NCBI GenBank assembly: GCA_963803785.1
Contig: CAWDNM010000006.1
Span: 760,135 to 824,134 of the forward strand
Direction: 5' to 3'
DNA: 64,000 nt
Source: an uncultured Coriobacteriia bacterium
Lineage (GTDB): Bacteria > Actinomycetota > Coriobacteriia > Anaerosomatales > JAAXUF01
Shown: in pieces, positions 22,977-33,012 of the stretch
Layout: each line of letters starts with the position of its first letter
Numbering within the stretch: position 1 is the first letter of the stretch
Translations under genes and position numbers: made by a program
Notes under the pieces: generated by a model
Told to the model about the DNA's origin: nothing
Database searches by the model: none
Seen by the model: the letters and a program-made list of their open reading frames with translations, nothing else

Positions 22977-23101
22977 CCGCCGTTCGCGGCGTCCTGGGGG
23001 TTTCCGCATTTCAGGCTTGGTAATGAGGGCGTCCGAGGCACACGATTTGCAGTTTAGGCGACCCAGTACGCCACGCCCGATTCGGCTCTCCAGGGGGAAC
23101 C

Positions 23102-23845
23102 ATGCGCTCCTTGAACGCACGCCAGCTCGTGTTCGGTTTCATGATCGCTGCGGTCGCCGTGAGCGCGGTGGCCTACGCAGGAAGCTCGGCGCCGTGGGCC
23201 AGCGCGGCCTTCGCTATCGTCAGCATACCGAGCACGCCAGCCAAGCCGGTCGTCACCAAGGGACCGCAGACCACCCCCGACACGCTGCAGCTGGTTATCT
23301 CGCCAAACTCCGTGATCCCGACTCCTGCCCCCGACGCCTACGCAGTCACGTTCGATGGGGTCGAGTATCCTCCCCAGCCCGCCGTGGCCAGCATCCTCAC
23401 CACGACGTTCAGCCCGCTCATCCCCGGCTCCTCCCACCTGTGCACGGTGGTGGCATGGAACGGGTTCGGCCCGTCGGTCCCCACGACCTTCGCGGCCACA
23501 CTTCCCAAGGCCCCGGTATCGCTGAGCAAACCATCCGTGCCGTTGACCGGGAGGACCACTCGGTCGATCAAGGTCACCGGCAAGGTCGTCTCGGACTACG
23601 CTGTGGGTAAGGCGTCCGTCGTCAAGCTCAAGTTCTACCGACGCCAGAGGTCCAAGTCCGGCGCGCTGTACTGGAGCTACAAGAAGACGCTGACCGCGAA
23701 GCGATCGACGCCGGCGTCGGCCAGCTACTACGTGTACACCAAGCTGAAGCCCGCCGGCTCCTGGAGCGTGATTGCCCAGACGTACTCAACGGGTTCGCAT
23801 GTTGGAGCCAAGTCGGTGCGCAGCCGTTCCAGCAAGATCAAGTAG
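23102..23845 (+). CDS. secreted FN3-like protein with basic C-terminal stalk (family-related)
   Basis: Signal or TM segment MRSLNARQLVFGFMIAAVAVSAVAYA. FN3-like segment PAKPVVTKGPQTTPDTLQLVISPN...CTVVAWNGFGPS. The C-terminus SIKVTGKVVSDYAVGKASVVKLKFYRRQRSKSGALYWSYKKTLTAKRS..YYVYTKLKPAGSWSVIAQTY resembles the stalk of the 26-36 kb family. Confidence 0.7.
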   Translation: MRSLNARQLVFGFMIAAVAVSAVAYAGSSAPWASAAFAIVSIPSTPAKPVVTKGPQTTPDTLQLVISPNSVIPTPAPDAYAVTFDGVEYPPQPAVASILTTTFSPLIPGSSHLCTVVAWNGFGPSVPTTFAATLPKAPVSLSKPSVPLTGRTTRSIKVTGKVVSDYAVGKASVVKLKFYRRQRSKSGALYWSYKKTLTAKRSTPASASYYVYTKLKPAGSWSVIAQTYSTGSHVGAKSVRSRSSKIK

Positions 23846-23870
23846 GGCCCGCGACATGCTCAGCACTCGA

Positions 23871-23893
23871 AAGGACGGGGATTCCCCGTCCTT
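23871..23893. terminator. bidirectional hairpin terminator between convergent genes
   Basis: AAGGACGGGG-ATT-CCCCGTCCTT is a perfect 10-bp stem. It lies 26 nt after the stop at 23845 and 7 nt from the minus-strand stop at 23900. Confidence 0.7.
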
Positions 23894-23899
23894 TCGTCA

Positions 23900-25686
23900 T
23901 TACGCGTCAGTGAAGACGAAGCCCTGCTCCCGGAAGATCGTGAGACACGTTTCGACGACGGCGGCATCGAACAACTGACCGGCACCCCGCTCGACTTCGG
24001 CCAGAGCCGGCTCGACGCCGATTGCCGCTCGATACGGGCGGTGAGACGACATGGCTTCGACGACATCAGCGACCGCAAGCACCTTCGCCCCGACGAGCAG
24101 CTCGTCCTCACGCAGCCCTCTCGGATAGCCCGAACCGTCGCAACGCTCGTGGTGTTGGTAGACCATCTCGCTGATGGGAGCCTCCATGTTTGCCGACGCC
24201 AGAATCCTATAGCCCGCCTCGGCATGCTCCTTGATGAGATCGAACTCCATCACCGTGAGCTCACCCGGCCGACTCAGTATCTCGGCCGGCACGGAAATCT
24301 TGCCGACGTCGTGGATCAGCGCCGCTATCCGGATCGCCTCGATCTCGTCGGCGGGCAGGCCCATCTCCTCGGCGATGCGCATCGCGAGTTGCGAGACACG
24401 CCGCTCGTGGCCCGCCGTGTAGGGATCCCGTGTCTCAACGACCTGGCCCACGACCTCGATGATGGATGAGAGCGACTGCGCAAGTCTCGCTTCGGCCTGC
24501 TTGCGCTCGCTGATGTCGCGATGGAAACCCAGGACGTAGGTCTCCTCGCCGGCAACTACCAGGTTCGCCGTGACCTCGATGGGGACCAGCTGCCCGTTCT
24601 TGCAGAAGTGCTCAACCTCAAACGTCATCGGTTCGCCGGCGAATATGCGCTGAAGCCGCTCGGGCGCCAGCCGAGCGGTTTCGGGTGAATCGAGGGCGGC
24701 GAGGTCCATCGAGAGCATTTCCTCGACAGTGTATCCATGCATGTCGGCCATGGCGGCATTCACGAATCTGATCGTCCCATCGGGAGCCAACAGGAAGATG
24801 CCGTCCGCCGCACCTTCGAATACCGCCCTGAACCGTTCCTCGCTCTCGAGCAGCGTGTGCTCCAGCTCCTGCATGCCCGTCATCTTCGCCACCAACGAGA
24901 TCTTCATGTTCTCGATGGCGTGGGTGAGCGTGCCGACCTCGTTGTTCGGGTGCTCGATGGTCGCGTCGAACTCTCCGCGCTCGACCGCCTCCGCGTAAGC
25001 CACGCCCGACCTCAGGCTGCGCCGAATACTCAGGAGCACAGTGATGCCGATGACCGCGGTGATGAGGACGCCGGCGACGGCGACAAGCATGAAGGAGGTG
25101 GTCGACCGTCTCTCGAGAACGGCGATGCGCTCTCGCTGCTTGACGAGCGCTGCCTTGACGAGCGCGTCGGTTGCGTCCAGCTCGCGCTCCATCAGCTTAC
25201 GGGTGTCACGCAGCTCGGCCTCTCGACAGGTCACGGGCGGCGTCGTGCGCAGCCCTGTCGTTGCTCTCCACGGCCGCGGTGGCAAGCGCAAGATACTCAT
25301 CATGCTGCGCGGACCACTTCTTGTACTCGGCGGAGAACCTGTCGAATGCCGCCTGCACCTCGGCGTCCTTGTTCGGGATGGCATACCAGGCTGCGAACTG
25401 ATCATCGATCGACTTCTGAGCAGCGCCCATGTCCTCGATTTGCTTCTTGAGGTACTCGACGTCGTAATCGACCAGGATCGTCTGGTCTTGCAGGCGAAGA
25501 TCGGTGATCGCGTAGTTGATCCGCGTGAGCGTGTGCGCCATCGGCTCGCCGGTGGTGTACACGGCGTCCCATGCCGCATTCACACTGCCCACGGCCCGAG
25601 TGCCGGAGTAGGCGAGGCTCACGATGGCGGCGATGCTCAAGGTGCCCAGCAGAAGGAGCACTACCGTGATCGATGACTTCTTCAAG
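23900..25686 (-). CDS. membrane sensor with four-helix-bundle periplasmic domain, HAMP, PAS and HD-GYP phosphodiesterase domains (one frame change near 25230)
   Basis: HD-GYP motifs are HDVGK and HHERCDGSGYPRGL. The PAS region is SEERFRAVFEGAADGIFLLAPDGTIRFVN. The TM/HAMP region is FMLVAVAGVLITAVIGITVLLSIRRSL. The N-terminal part is in track ORF 25206..25877 (LKKSSITVVLLLLGTLSIAAIV, TTG start at 25686). Confidence 0.85.
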
Positions 25687-25897
25687 GCGGCTCCCTTCTT
25701 GTCTGCAGGGATGGCCGGAATCCGCGAGCCCGGCTCGCGCGACCCGTTACAGCACATTAAGCATACTCCGAGAGGCACGCGCCGTGACCTCCGCCGCCGT
25801 GGGCGCCAACCAGAGTCGTCTCGGCAGGGCAACACGAGAGGCGGCCATCCGCTATCGGATGACCGCCTCGCGAGCAAGCCCGTCAGGTTCCGAGCGC

Positions 25898-26140
25898 TAC
25901 TTCACCGTGACGTAGTCGAACCCTCGCGACCAGGTCTTCGCGTGCCCGCTGTCGGCCGGAGCGTAGGCGCGCAGGCGCCACTTGCCGCGCGAAGTGAGCT
26001 GCACACTCGCCTTGTAGCGAACTCTCACCGTTGCCCTGGTCGCCCGAGGAGTCCACACTCACTCGAATCGTGGTCCCTGCGACTCGGTCCCTCACGAAGG
26101 TATCCGGCACCGTGTTGGTGTCGCCAGCGACGAAACTCCA
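25898..26140 (-). pseudogene. deletion remnant of the secreted family: one PD40 blade fused to the terminal module
   Basis: One frame reads RYVAFHSNWSFVAGDTNTVPDTFVRDRVAGTTIRVSVDSSGDQGNGES. A second frame then reads VRVRYKASVQLTSRGKWRLRAYAPADSGHAKTWSRGFDYVTVK-stop (TAG at 25898-25900). No signal peptide or start codon. Confidence 0.6.
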
Positions 26141-26149
26141 GTTCGAGTG

Positions 26150-26649
26150 GAAGGCAACGTAACGCCTATCTTCAAGACGTCGGCCGGCAAGCGGCTCGGC
26201 GGGAAGACGGTCTACCTCTATCGCGACGGTCATCGAGTGGCGTCCAAGAAGACCAGCTCCAAGGGTGTCGTGAGATTCAGTTTCAAGCAGGTCCGTCGCC
26301 CAGACACCAAGTGGCAAATCAAGTACAAGGGCAGCTCCACGTACCGCCCGTCGGCTCGGCCACGAAGACCACGAAGACTCACTACCACCTTCCGAGCGCG
26401 TGGGGCTCGGCCTGGTGGGCGCGACCTACCGAAAGCAAGTCACCGTGACGCAGGATCCGCGGTGCATACGGCGTCGAATTCTGGCAGCCGATGTGCGTCA
26501 CCATCAAGCGCGGTGTGGTGGTGGTGGCTGAGAGCACTGTCCCGGTCCTCAAGTTCGGATTCACCGCATCATCGGCCGGCAACTATGTCATCGACATGTG
26601 GATGCCGCAGAGCTCGGGGCCTAGTACGGGCCTCTGCTACGTCTACTAG
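26150..26649 (+). pseudogene. 5'-truncated, disrupted fragment of an Ig-like/stalk-containing secreted protein
   Basis: The fragment starts abruptly head-to-head with the previous remnant: GKRLGGKTVYLYRDGHRVASKKTSSKGVVRFSFKQVRRPDTKWQIKYKGSSTYRPS. After a frame change and an in-frame TGA at 26446-26448 it reads AYGVEFWQPMCVTIKRGVVVVAESTVPVLKFGFTASSAGNYVIDMWMPQSSG..CYVY-stop (26647-26649). Confidence 0.5.
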
Positions 26650-26764
26650 GAAGCGCTCGGCCACTACGCACCAAGCGCCTCCGTAGATCAGGGCCGCTCG
26701 ATACACGCGGAGGGGCCGCCCGTCGGGCGACCCCTCGCAATAGCATCTGCGAAGATTCCGAGAA

Positions 26765-28063
26765 CTACCAGCGAGCCTTCAGGTACTCGAACTTGGAGTT
26801 GCCCACGCCTCGGCGGTAGGCGCGCATCTTCCAGCGGCCACCAGTGGACAGGACCACGCTGCGGGTGAAGCGCCCTGCGGAATCCGGTGTCGCCTTTACG
26901 GAGCCCTTGTACACCCACTTGCCTTGGCTTGGACTGTAGCGGTGCAAGCGCAGGTACACGGGGCGGCCAGCACTCTTGGCGCCCGCCGACATGCGACCAC
27001 GCACCTTGAACCGCTTGTCTGAGTCGACGACTGACGGGGCGCTGGGTGCCGCTGCCACGACCTTGGGCACTGCACGTACGACCGCGCTCTCGCTCATTCC
27101 CCACTCACCGTCGCCCCAGTACAACGCCTTGAAGTACATGGGCTTGTCGGGAGCGAACTTGACCACGGCCACGCCCGTCTCGGTCTCTTTGGGCACGTAC
27201 TTCCAGTGATCCTTGTCGGCCGAGTAGAACAGCTTGAGCGTGCGCCCGCCTGTGATGAGCGCCCCGGCGGGGTCGGTCAGCTTCAGAGTGAAGGCGATCG
27301 GCGTGCCGTAGTACGGAGTGAGCGTATTGGCGCGGAGCCTGATGACTGGCCGCTTGCGTGCCTCGACGAATACGTCGGGGACCGGCGCACCGGAGGTCGG
27401 GGCCTTGGCGTGGAACTCGATCTGTGCGCTTTGGCCGGGTTGAAGGACGGCCGGGGCATCCCACGACCACACGGCATCGACGAAGTTCGCGCCGTTGCGC
27501 TCGACGCCGATCAGCTCGATGGACGAGACGGGGAAAGCGGCGGTGTTGGTCACCGTCGCGACGTACGAGCGCAACTCAGGGGTTGGATCGACGGTCAGAG
27601 CGGATATCGTGTTGGCGTCGCCGCCCAGCTTTGAGACTGCATCGACCCGCAGCCGAAGCGCCGTCCGATCCGTCTGATAGCCGCACGCCGTGACAACAGC
27701 GGTCCACGTGGTGGGCACGCTCTCGGGCCAGCTCAGGTGAAAGGTCGTCCAGTCACCGGGAGTCATGCCGTCGGCACGCGGCCACGCCTTCTCGGGGTCA
27801 CGCTGAGGGTCTTCGAGCCATGTGACCTCAACGACCGGGCAGTTCACGTTGACGGTTGATTCATTGGAGATGATGCCATCAAGATAGCGCGCGTCGCCGT
27901 AGTCATAAGCGGCTGTGGCCTCAACCGAGAGTGCGACACCCTTGTCGCAGACATCCTGCACAGACCCCCCGTACGCCGGCGACGCCAGCCCCGCGAGAGC
28001 CACGACGAGGCATGCTGCGAGTCCCGCGACGGCGACTCGGAAACGCCTACTCCTGCTCTGCAT
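26765..28063 (-). CDS. secreted protein with tandem beta-sandwich domains and family-type basic C-terminus
   Basis: Track ORF 26765..28159. Start placed at MQSRSRRFRVAVAGLAACLVVALAGLASPAYG (28063) after GGGAGGGG. Ig-like unit IAFTLKLTDPAGALITGGRTLKLFYSADKDHWKYV. The tail is RFKVRGRMSAGAKSAGRPVYLRLHRYSPSQGKWVYKGSVKATPDSAGRFTRSVVLSTGGRWKMRAYRRG. Confidence 0.8.
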   Translation of the reverse strand: MQSRSRRFRVAVAGLAACLVVALAGLASPAYGGSVQDVCDKGVALSVEATAAYDYGDARYLDGIISNESTVNVNCPVVEVTWLEDPQRDPEKAWPRADGMTPGDWTTFHLSWPESVPTTWTAVVTACGYQTDRTALRLRVDAVSKLGGDANTISALTVDPTPELRSYVATVTNTAAFPVSSIELIGVERNGANFVDAVWSWDAPAVLQPGQSAQIEFHAKAPTSGAPVPDVFVEARKRPVIRLRANTLTPYYGTPIAFTLKLTDPAGALITGGRTLKLFYSADKDHWKYVPKETETGVAVVKFAPDKPMYFKALYWGDGEWGMSESAVVRAVPKVVAAAPSAPSVVDSDKRFKVRGRMSAGAKSAGRPVYLRLHRYSPSQGKWVYKGSVKATPDSAGRFTRSVVLSTGGRWKMRAYRRGVGNSKFEYLKARW

Positions 28064-28294
28064 CGGATCCCCTCCCTTCGATTCTCGGGCAGCGGACTGC
28101 CCGGACATGGTGAGAGATGTATCGGCATCGGCCGGAGGACGGTGTGTGCGCCCCCTCACGTTGTCGGGGAATGCGCTGTGACTTCCGTCACATCTGCTGA
28201 TGCTTCTGCTGTGTTCTCGCCGTTCGCTCGGCGACAGGGAAGCGGCCGCCCCTATCGGGACGACCGCCTTGAACTCGCGATCCTAAGCGACCAA

Positions 28295-30283
28295 CTACTT
28301 CACCGTCACGTAGTCATAGCCGCTCGACCACGCCTTCGCATGCCGGCTGTCTGCCGGTGCGTACGCCCTCAGACGCCATTTGCCGGCCTTGGACAGGCGG
28401 ATCGACTTCTTGTACTTCGTGTAGCTCCTGTAGTTGTACGCCTTGGCCTTCACGTAGCCGTACTTCTTCCACTTGCCCGAGGAGGTCTTCTTCCACTTGT
28501 AGATGCGGATGGGGTAGGTGCCCTTCGTGTGCCGCGGCTTGAGGTACCCGTACACCGTCTTCGAGCGACCCTTCGTCATCCGTGACGGCGCTTTGGGAGT
28601 CCCGACCGACGGACGTGGCGTGACCTGCCGCGCATCGCTGACCGCCGATCCATACTCGACCTTGGGATCTTCGAACCGCGCCCGGTAGTACGTCTTCGAC
28701 GTCGGTGCGGCGAGCACGGTGAACGAACCGGTGGCGTCCGTCAGTGCGGTCAGTGGGGTGTCGGCCCATGGCCCGCTCGCACTCGTCGACATCTGAAGTC
28801 TGACCAGCTTGCTCGGAAGAGGGGTAGTTCCCGTGGTCAGCTTGCCGGTGAACGTGTACTTGGCTCCGTACTTGGACAGCGTCTTCGAGGAAGACGTCAC
28901 CGCCAGCGCGCTCTCCCCCTTCATGCGATCTCGCACGAAGACATCGAGCTTCCCGTTGATATCGGGAACCAGACTGCTGACGGAGTTGAATGCCACGTAG
29001 CGCCCGTCCGCCGAAACCGACGGCCGCTCGCTGTCACTGTCGCCTTGGACGCCCGCGTTGGACACGCTGATCCGAACCGTGTTGCCGGCCTCCAGATCGT
29101 GCGCGAATACATCCCTCTTGCCGTTCGTGTCGCCCGGCACGAGGTTCGCCGAGGATGACTCGAAGACCACGTGCTCGCCGTCCGCCGAGACTGTGACCTT
29201 GCGGCAGTACCCGTCGCCCTGTGCTCCACCGGAGGAGACGGACGCGCGCTTGAACTCCCCGCTCTCCAGATCGAGCACGAAGGCGTCGCTCATGCCGTTC
29301 GTGTCGTTCGGCACCAGGTTCGACGCCGTCGAGGCGAAGGCGACGTGCTTGCCGTCCGGCGTGATCACGGCCTCGTCAGTGTCGTCGTTGCCCTCGGCCC
29401 CGCTGGGCGACGCGCTCAGGAGCTTGGTGGTGTTGAACTGCAGGTCGCGAAGATACGCGTGATACCTGAAGGGGACGGTACCGCCATCGATCAAGTTGTA
29501 CGAGTCCGAGTAGAACACGGCGTAGCGGCCGTCTTGCGAGATGCTGGGGAACCACGCCGCGCCGTTCCCCTCCACGCCACCCTTGCCGACGCTCAGGCGG
29601 GTCGTGGTGCCCTTGACCAGGTCGCGCACGAATGCGTCGGTATTGCCGTTCTTGTCACCGGCAACGAGGTTCGTAGCGTCCGACTCGAACGTGACGAAGC
29701 GGCCGTCCGCTGAGATGTGCGCCTCGTAGCTCGCGCTGTTTCCCTGCTCGCCCGCCGATGAGACGCTCGCGCGCGTCGTTTCACCGCTGTTCAGATCGCG
29801 AACGAAGACATCGATCTGGTCGTTCGTGTCACCGGGCACGAGGTTGGATGCCGCCGAGTAGAACACGACGTGCTCTCCGTCGGCAGACATGTCTGCATAC
29901 CAGCTGTAGCCGCCGCCCTGCGCCCCGCTTGATGACACGCTCGCCCTAATCGTTTCACTGGTCTCCATGTCGCGAACGAACACATCGTGTTGACCGTTGG
30001 TATCGCCAGACACGAGGTTGGTCGCATCGGAATGGAACGCCACCATGCGACCGTCCGCTGAGATGCCGCACGCCTTGCTCTCACCGTTGGCTTCCACGCC
30101 GGTGGAGGACACGCTTGCCCTGACCAGCGTGTTGTAACCGGTGTAAGAGCCTGCTGCCGCCAAGCCGGCCACAGCGAACGCTAGCGCGACGGTCACCCCC
30201 GCAGCAATCCACCGGACCCTCCGTCGCGCCCCGGAACCGGACGCTACCGCAGATGACGAACCGACGTGCTCCCTGCGACTCAT
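28295..30283 (-). CDS. secreted seven-bladed PD40/TolB-like beta-propeller protein with Ig-like stalk and conserved terminal module
   Basis: Intact 662-aa ORF. Signal or TM segment RVRWIAAGVTVALAFAVAGLAAAGS. Seven ~58-aa repeats follow, e.g. RASVSSSGAQGGGYSWYADMSADGEHVVFYSAASNLVPGDTNDQIDVFVRDLNSGET. An Ig-like unit is followed by the terminal module ...VYGYLKPRHTKGTYPIRIYKWKKTSSGKWKKYGYVKAKAYNYRSYTKYKKSIRLSKAGKWRLRAYAPADSRHAKAWSSGYDYVTVK. Confidence 0.9.
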   Translation of the reverse strand: MSRREHVGSSSAVASGSGARRRVRWIAAGVTVALAFAVAGLAAAGSYTGYNTLVRASVSSTGVEANGESKACGISADGRMVAFHSDATNLVSGDTNGQHDVFVRDMETSETIRASVSSSGAQGGGYSWYADMSADGEHVVFYSAASNLVPGDTNDQIDVFVRDLNSGETTRASVSSAGEQGNSASYEAHISADGRFVTFESDATNLVAGDKNGNTDAFVRDLVKGTTTRLSVGKGGVEGNGAAWFPSISQDGRYAVFYSDSYNLIDGGTVPFRYHAYLRDLQFNTTKLLSASPSGAEGNDDTDEAVITPDGKHVAFASTASNLVPNDTNGMSDAFVLDLESGEFKRASVSSGGAQGDGYCRKVTVSADGEHVVFESSSANLVPGDTNGKRDVFAHDLEAGNTVRISVSNAGVQGDSDSERPSVSADGRYVAFNSVSSLVPDINGKLDVFVRDRMKGESALAVTSSSKTLSKYGAKYTFTGKLTTGTTPLPSKLVRLQMSTSASGPWADTPLTALTDATGSFTVLAAPTSKTYYRARFEDPKVEYGSAVSDARQVTPRPSVGTPKAPSRMTKGRSKTVYGYLKPRHTKGTYPIRIYKWKKTSSGKWKKYGYVKAKAYNYRSYTKYKKSIRLSKAGKWRLRAYAPADSRHAKAWSSGYDYVTVK

Positions 30284-30319
30284 GCTGACACCCTCCCTCT
30301 CGGTGGACGCTCGTGCGCG

Positions 30320-30966
30320 GCTCCGCCCCCGCCGCCTACTTCACCTTCACGTAGTCGTACTTGCTCGACCACGCCGCAGCGTGACCGGCGTCCGCCACCG
30401 CGTAGGCCCGCAGACGCCACGTGCCCTTGTACTTCAGGCGCATCTTCACTGAATACTTCGTGTAGCTGCTGTAGTTGTACGCCTTCGCCTTCACGTAGCC
30501 GTACTTCTTCCATTTGCCCGAAGAGGTCTTCTTCCACTTGTATATGCGCACCGGATACGTGCCGGCCGTGTGCTTCGGCTTGAGCGTGCCCCAGACGGTG
30601 TATGACTTCTTGCTCGACATCTTCGAGCGCGCGATCGGGGTGCGCACGTAGGCGCGCGGCAGGACCGAGATGGCGGTGCTGAGCGTGGACTCGTACTCAG
30701 ACGGCATACCCGCATACCTCGCCCGGTAGTACGTCTTGGTGGTCGGGACGACGGGGATTGAGAAGCTCCCGTCTGCTGCGGTTGTTGCGCTGAGCCCGGT
30801 GTCGACGAACACGCCACTCGCGCTCGTCGACGACTGCAGATTGATCTTCTGGCCCGGCACGCCGGTTCCGCCCGCGGTGAGCTTGCCCGTGAACGCATAG
30901 GACTTGCCGTACGCCGAGAGGGTCGAAGCACCCGAGGTGCGCGTGAGCGTGGTGGCCTCGGCGACG
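30320..30966. repeat. copy 1 of a ~647-bp near-identical direct repeat (3' ends of two adjacent paralogs)
   Basis: By eye, 30320-30966 matches 32365-33012 base for base apart from a handful of differences (offset 2045 bp). It covers the Ig-like stalk, the terminal module, the stop codon and ~16 nt downstream. Confidence 0.9.
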
Positions 30967-32329
30967 GGCGTCGTTTTGCGCATGAAGACGTCGGCCTTCA
31001 CGTTGGTGTCGCCTGCGACGAGGTTGTCGGCATATGAACTGAAGAGCACGACGAGCCCGTCAGCAGAGATGGCGGAATCGTAGCTGCCAAGCGAGCCGCT
31101 CTCGCTCTGCGCTCCCGATGTCGAAACGCTCGCGCACTTCGTGACTCCCGCACTCATGTCGCGGACGAAGATATCGTCGAGGTCGTTGGTGTCGCTGGCG
31201 ACGAGATTGGAGGACTTGCTGTCGAAGGCGACACAACTCCCGTCGGCCGAGATGGCGGGATCGAAGCTGTCGGCGTCACCCCGTGCGCCCGCCGATGAGA
31301 CGCTGGCGAGCGTGGTCTTGGATGAAGCGAGGTCGCGCACGAAGACATCGGTGGCGGCGTTGTTGTCACCAGCGTCAAGGTTTGTGGCATCCGAGCTGAA
31401 AGCGACCCGCAGCCCGTCTGCCGAGATAGCGGAGTAGTAGCTATCGCCGTTGCCGCGCACTCCAGCTGACGAGACGCTGGCGAGCGTCGTCTCATCAGAA
31501 GACATGTCGCGCACGAACACGTCGGCCGCCCCGTTGGCGTCAGATGCGACGAGGTTCGACGCGTACGACCAGAATGCGACGTAGCGGCCGTCGGAGGAGA
31601 GAGAAGGCGCATAGCTCGAGCCATTCGCCTCCGCTCCGGCCGGCGAGACGCTCAGGCGCATAGTCTCGCCGGACTGCCGGTCCAACACGAAGATGTCAGG
31701 CCCGCCTCCGGTGGTGTCATCGGCAACTAGGTTCGTGGCGAGCGACTCATAGGCAATGAAACGCCCATCCGCCGAGATGACCGGCGCGCTGCTCGAGCCG
31801 TTGGCCTCGACGCCGGCCCCTGCCGTGCTCACGCGCGTCGTCTGCCCCAACACCATGTCGCGCAAGAAGATGTCCGTTTTCGCGTTCGTGTCGCCCGCAA
31901 CGAGATTCGTAGCGCCCGAGCGGAAAACGACATAGCGCCCATCGGCCGAGATTGAGGCCTTGGAACTCGCGCCGTTTCCCTGCTCTCCGGCCGAAGAGAC
32001 GCTGGCCCGTGCAACCCCATCCGATTGCACGTCTCGCACGAAGACGTCTGCACCCCCGCGGTGTCCCCATGGACGAGATTCGCCGCCACAGAGTCGAAGA
32101 CGACGTAGTGACCGTCGGCGGAAATGGCGGGTTGGTAGCTGTCGCCATCGCCCTCACTATGGTCGACCGAGACGCTCAGGCGATCGTGGTCTGAACGAGC
32201 ATCGCGCTCGCGGGCAGTGCCAACCCGGCCCACACGACCGTCGTCGCGGTCACGATGCGCCGCTACCCAAAGGGACCGCGCGCCCTTCGTCGAATTCCCC
32301 GCCGTGACACTCCGCCTCATTGAGCGCAT
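30336..32329 (-). CDS. secreted seven-bladed PD40/TolB-like beta-propeller paralog (frame changes near 32045 and in the signal peptide)
   Basis: Track ORF 30336..32039 plus the N-terminal piece in 31829..32359. Blades such as ARASVSSAGEQGNGASSKASISADGRYVVFRSGATNLVAGDTNAKTDIFLRDMVLGQT. The signal peptide is only readable (IVTATTVVWAGLALPASA) after two compensating indels. The C-terminal module is identical to that of the next gene. Confidence 0.85.
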
Positions 32330-32364
32330 GCCATTCCCTCTCTCGATCAACCCTCTCACGAACG

Positions 32365-33012
32365 GCTCCGCCCCCGCCGCCTACTTCACCTTCACGTAGT
32401 CGTACTTGCTCGACCACGCCGCAGCGTGACCGGCGTCCGCCACCGCGTAGGCCCGCAGACGCCACGTGCCCTTGTACTTCAGGCGCATCTTCACTGAATA
32501 CTTCGTGTAGCTGCTGTAGTTGTACGCCTTCGCCTTCACGTAGCCGTACTTCTTCCATTTGCCCGAAGAGGTCTTCTTCCACTTGTATATGCGCACCGGA
32601 TACGTGCCGGCCGTGTGCTTCGGCTTGAGCGTGCCCCAGACGGTGTATGACTTCTTGCTCGACATCTTCGAGCGCGCGATCGGGGTGCGCACGTAGGCGC
32701 GCGGCAGGACCGAGATGGCGGTGCTGAGCGTGGACTCGTACTCAGACGGCATACCCGCATACCTCGCCCGGTAGTACGTCTTGGTCGGTCGGGACGACGG
32801 GGATTGAAGAAGCTTCCGTCTGCTGCGGTTGTTGCGCTGAGCCCGGTGTCGACGAACACGCCACTCGCGCTCGTCGACGACTGCAGATTGATCTTCTGGC
32901 CCGGCACGCCGGTTCCGCCCGCGGTGAGCTTGCCCGTGAACGCATAGGACTTGCCGTACGCCGAGAGGGTCGAAGCACCCGAGGTGCGCGTGAGCATGGT
33001 GGCCTCGGCGAC
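32365..33012. repeat. copy 2 of the ~647-bp near-identical direct repeat
   Basis: See 30320-30966. This copy differs by small indels (GGTCGGTCGGGAC versus GGTGGTCGGGAC; GATTGAAGAAGCTTCCGTC versus GATTGAGAAGCTCCCGTC) that break the frame, and by one substitution near 32997. Confidence 0.9.
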
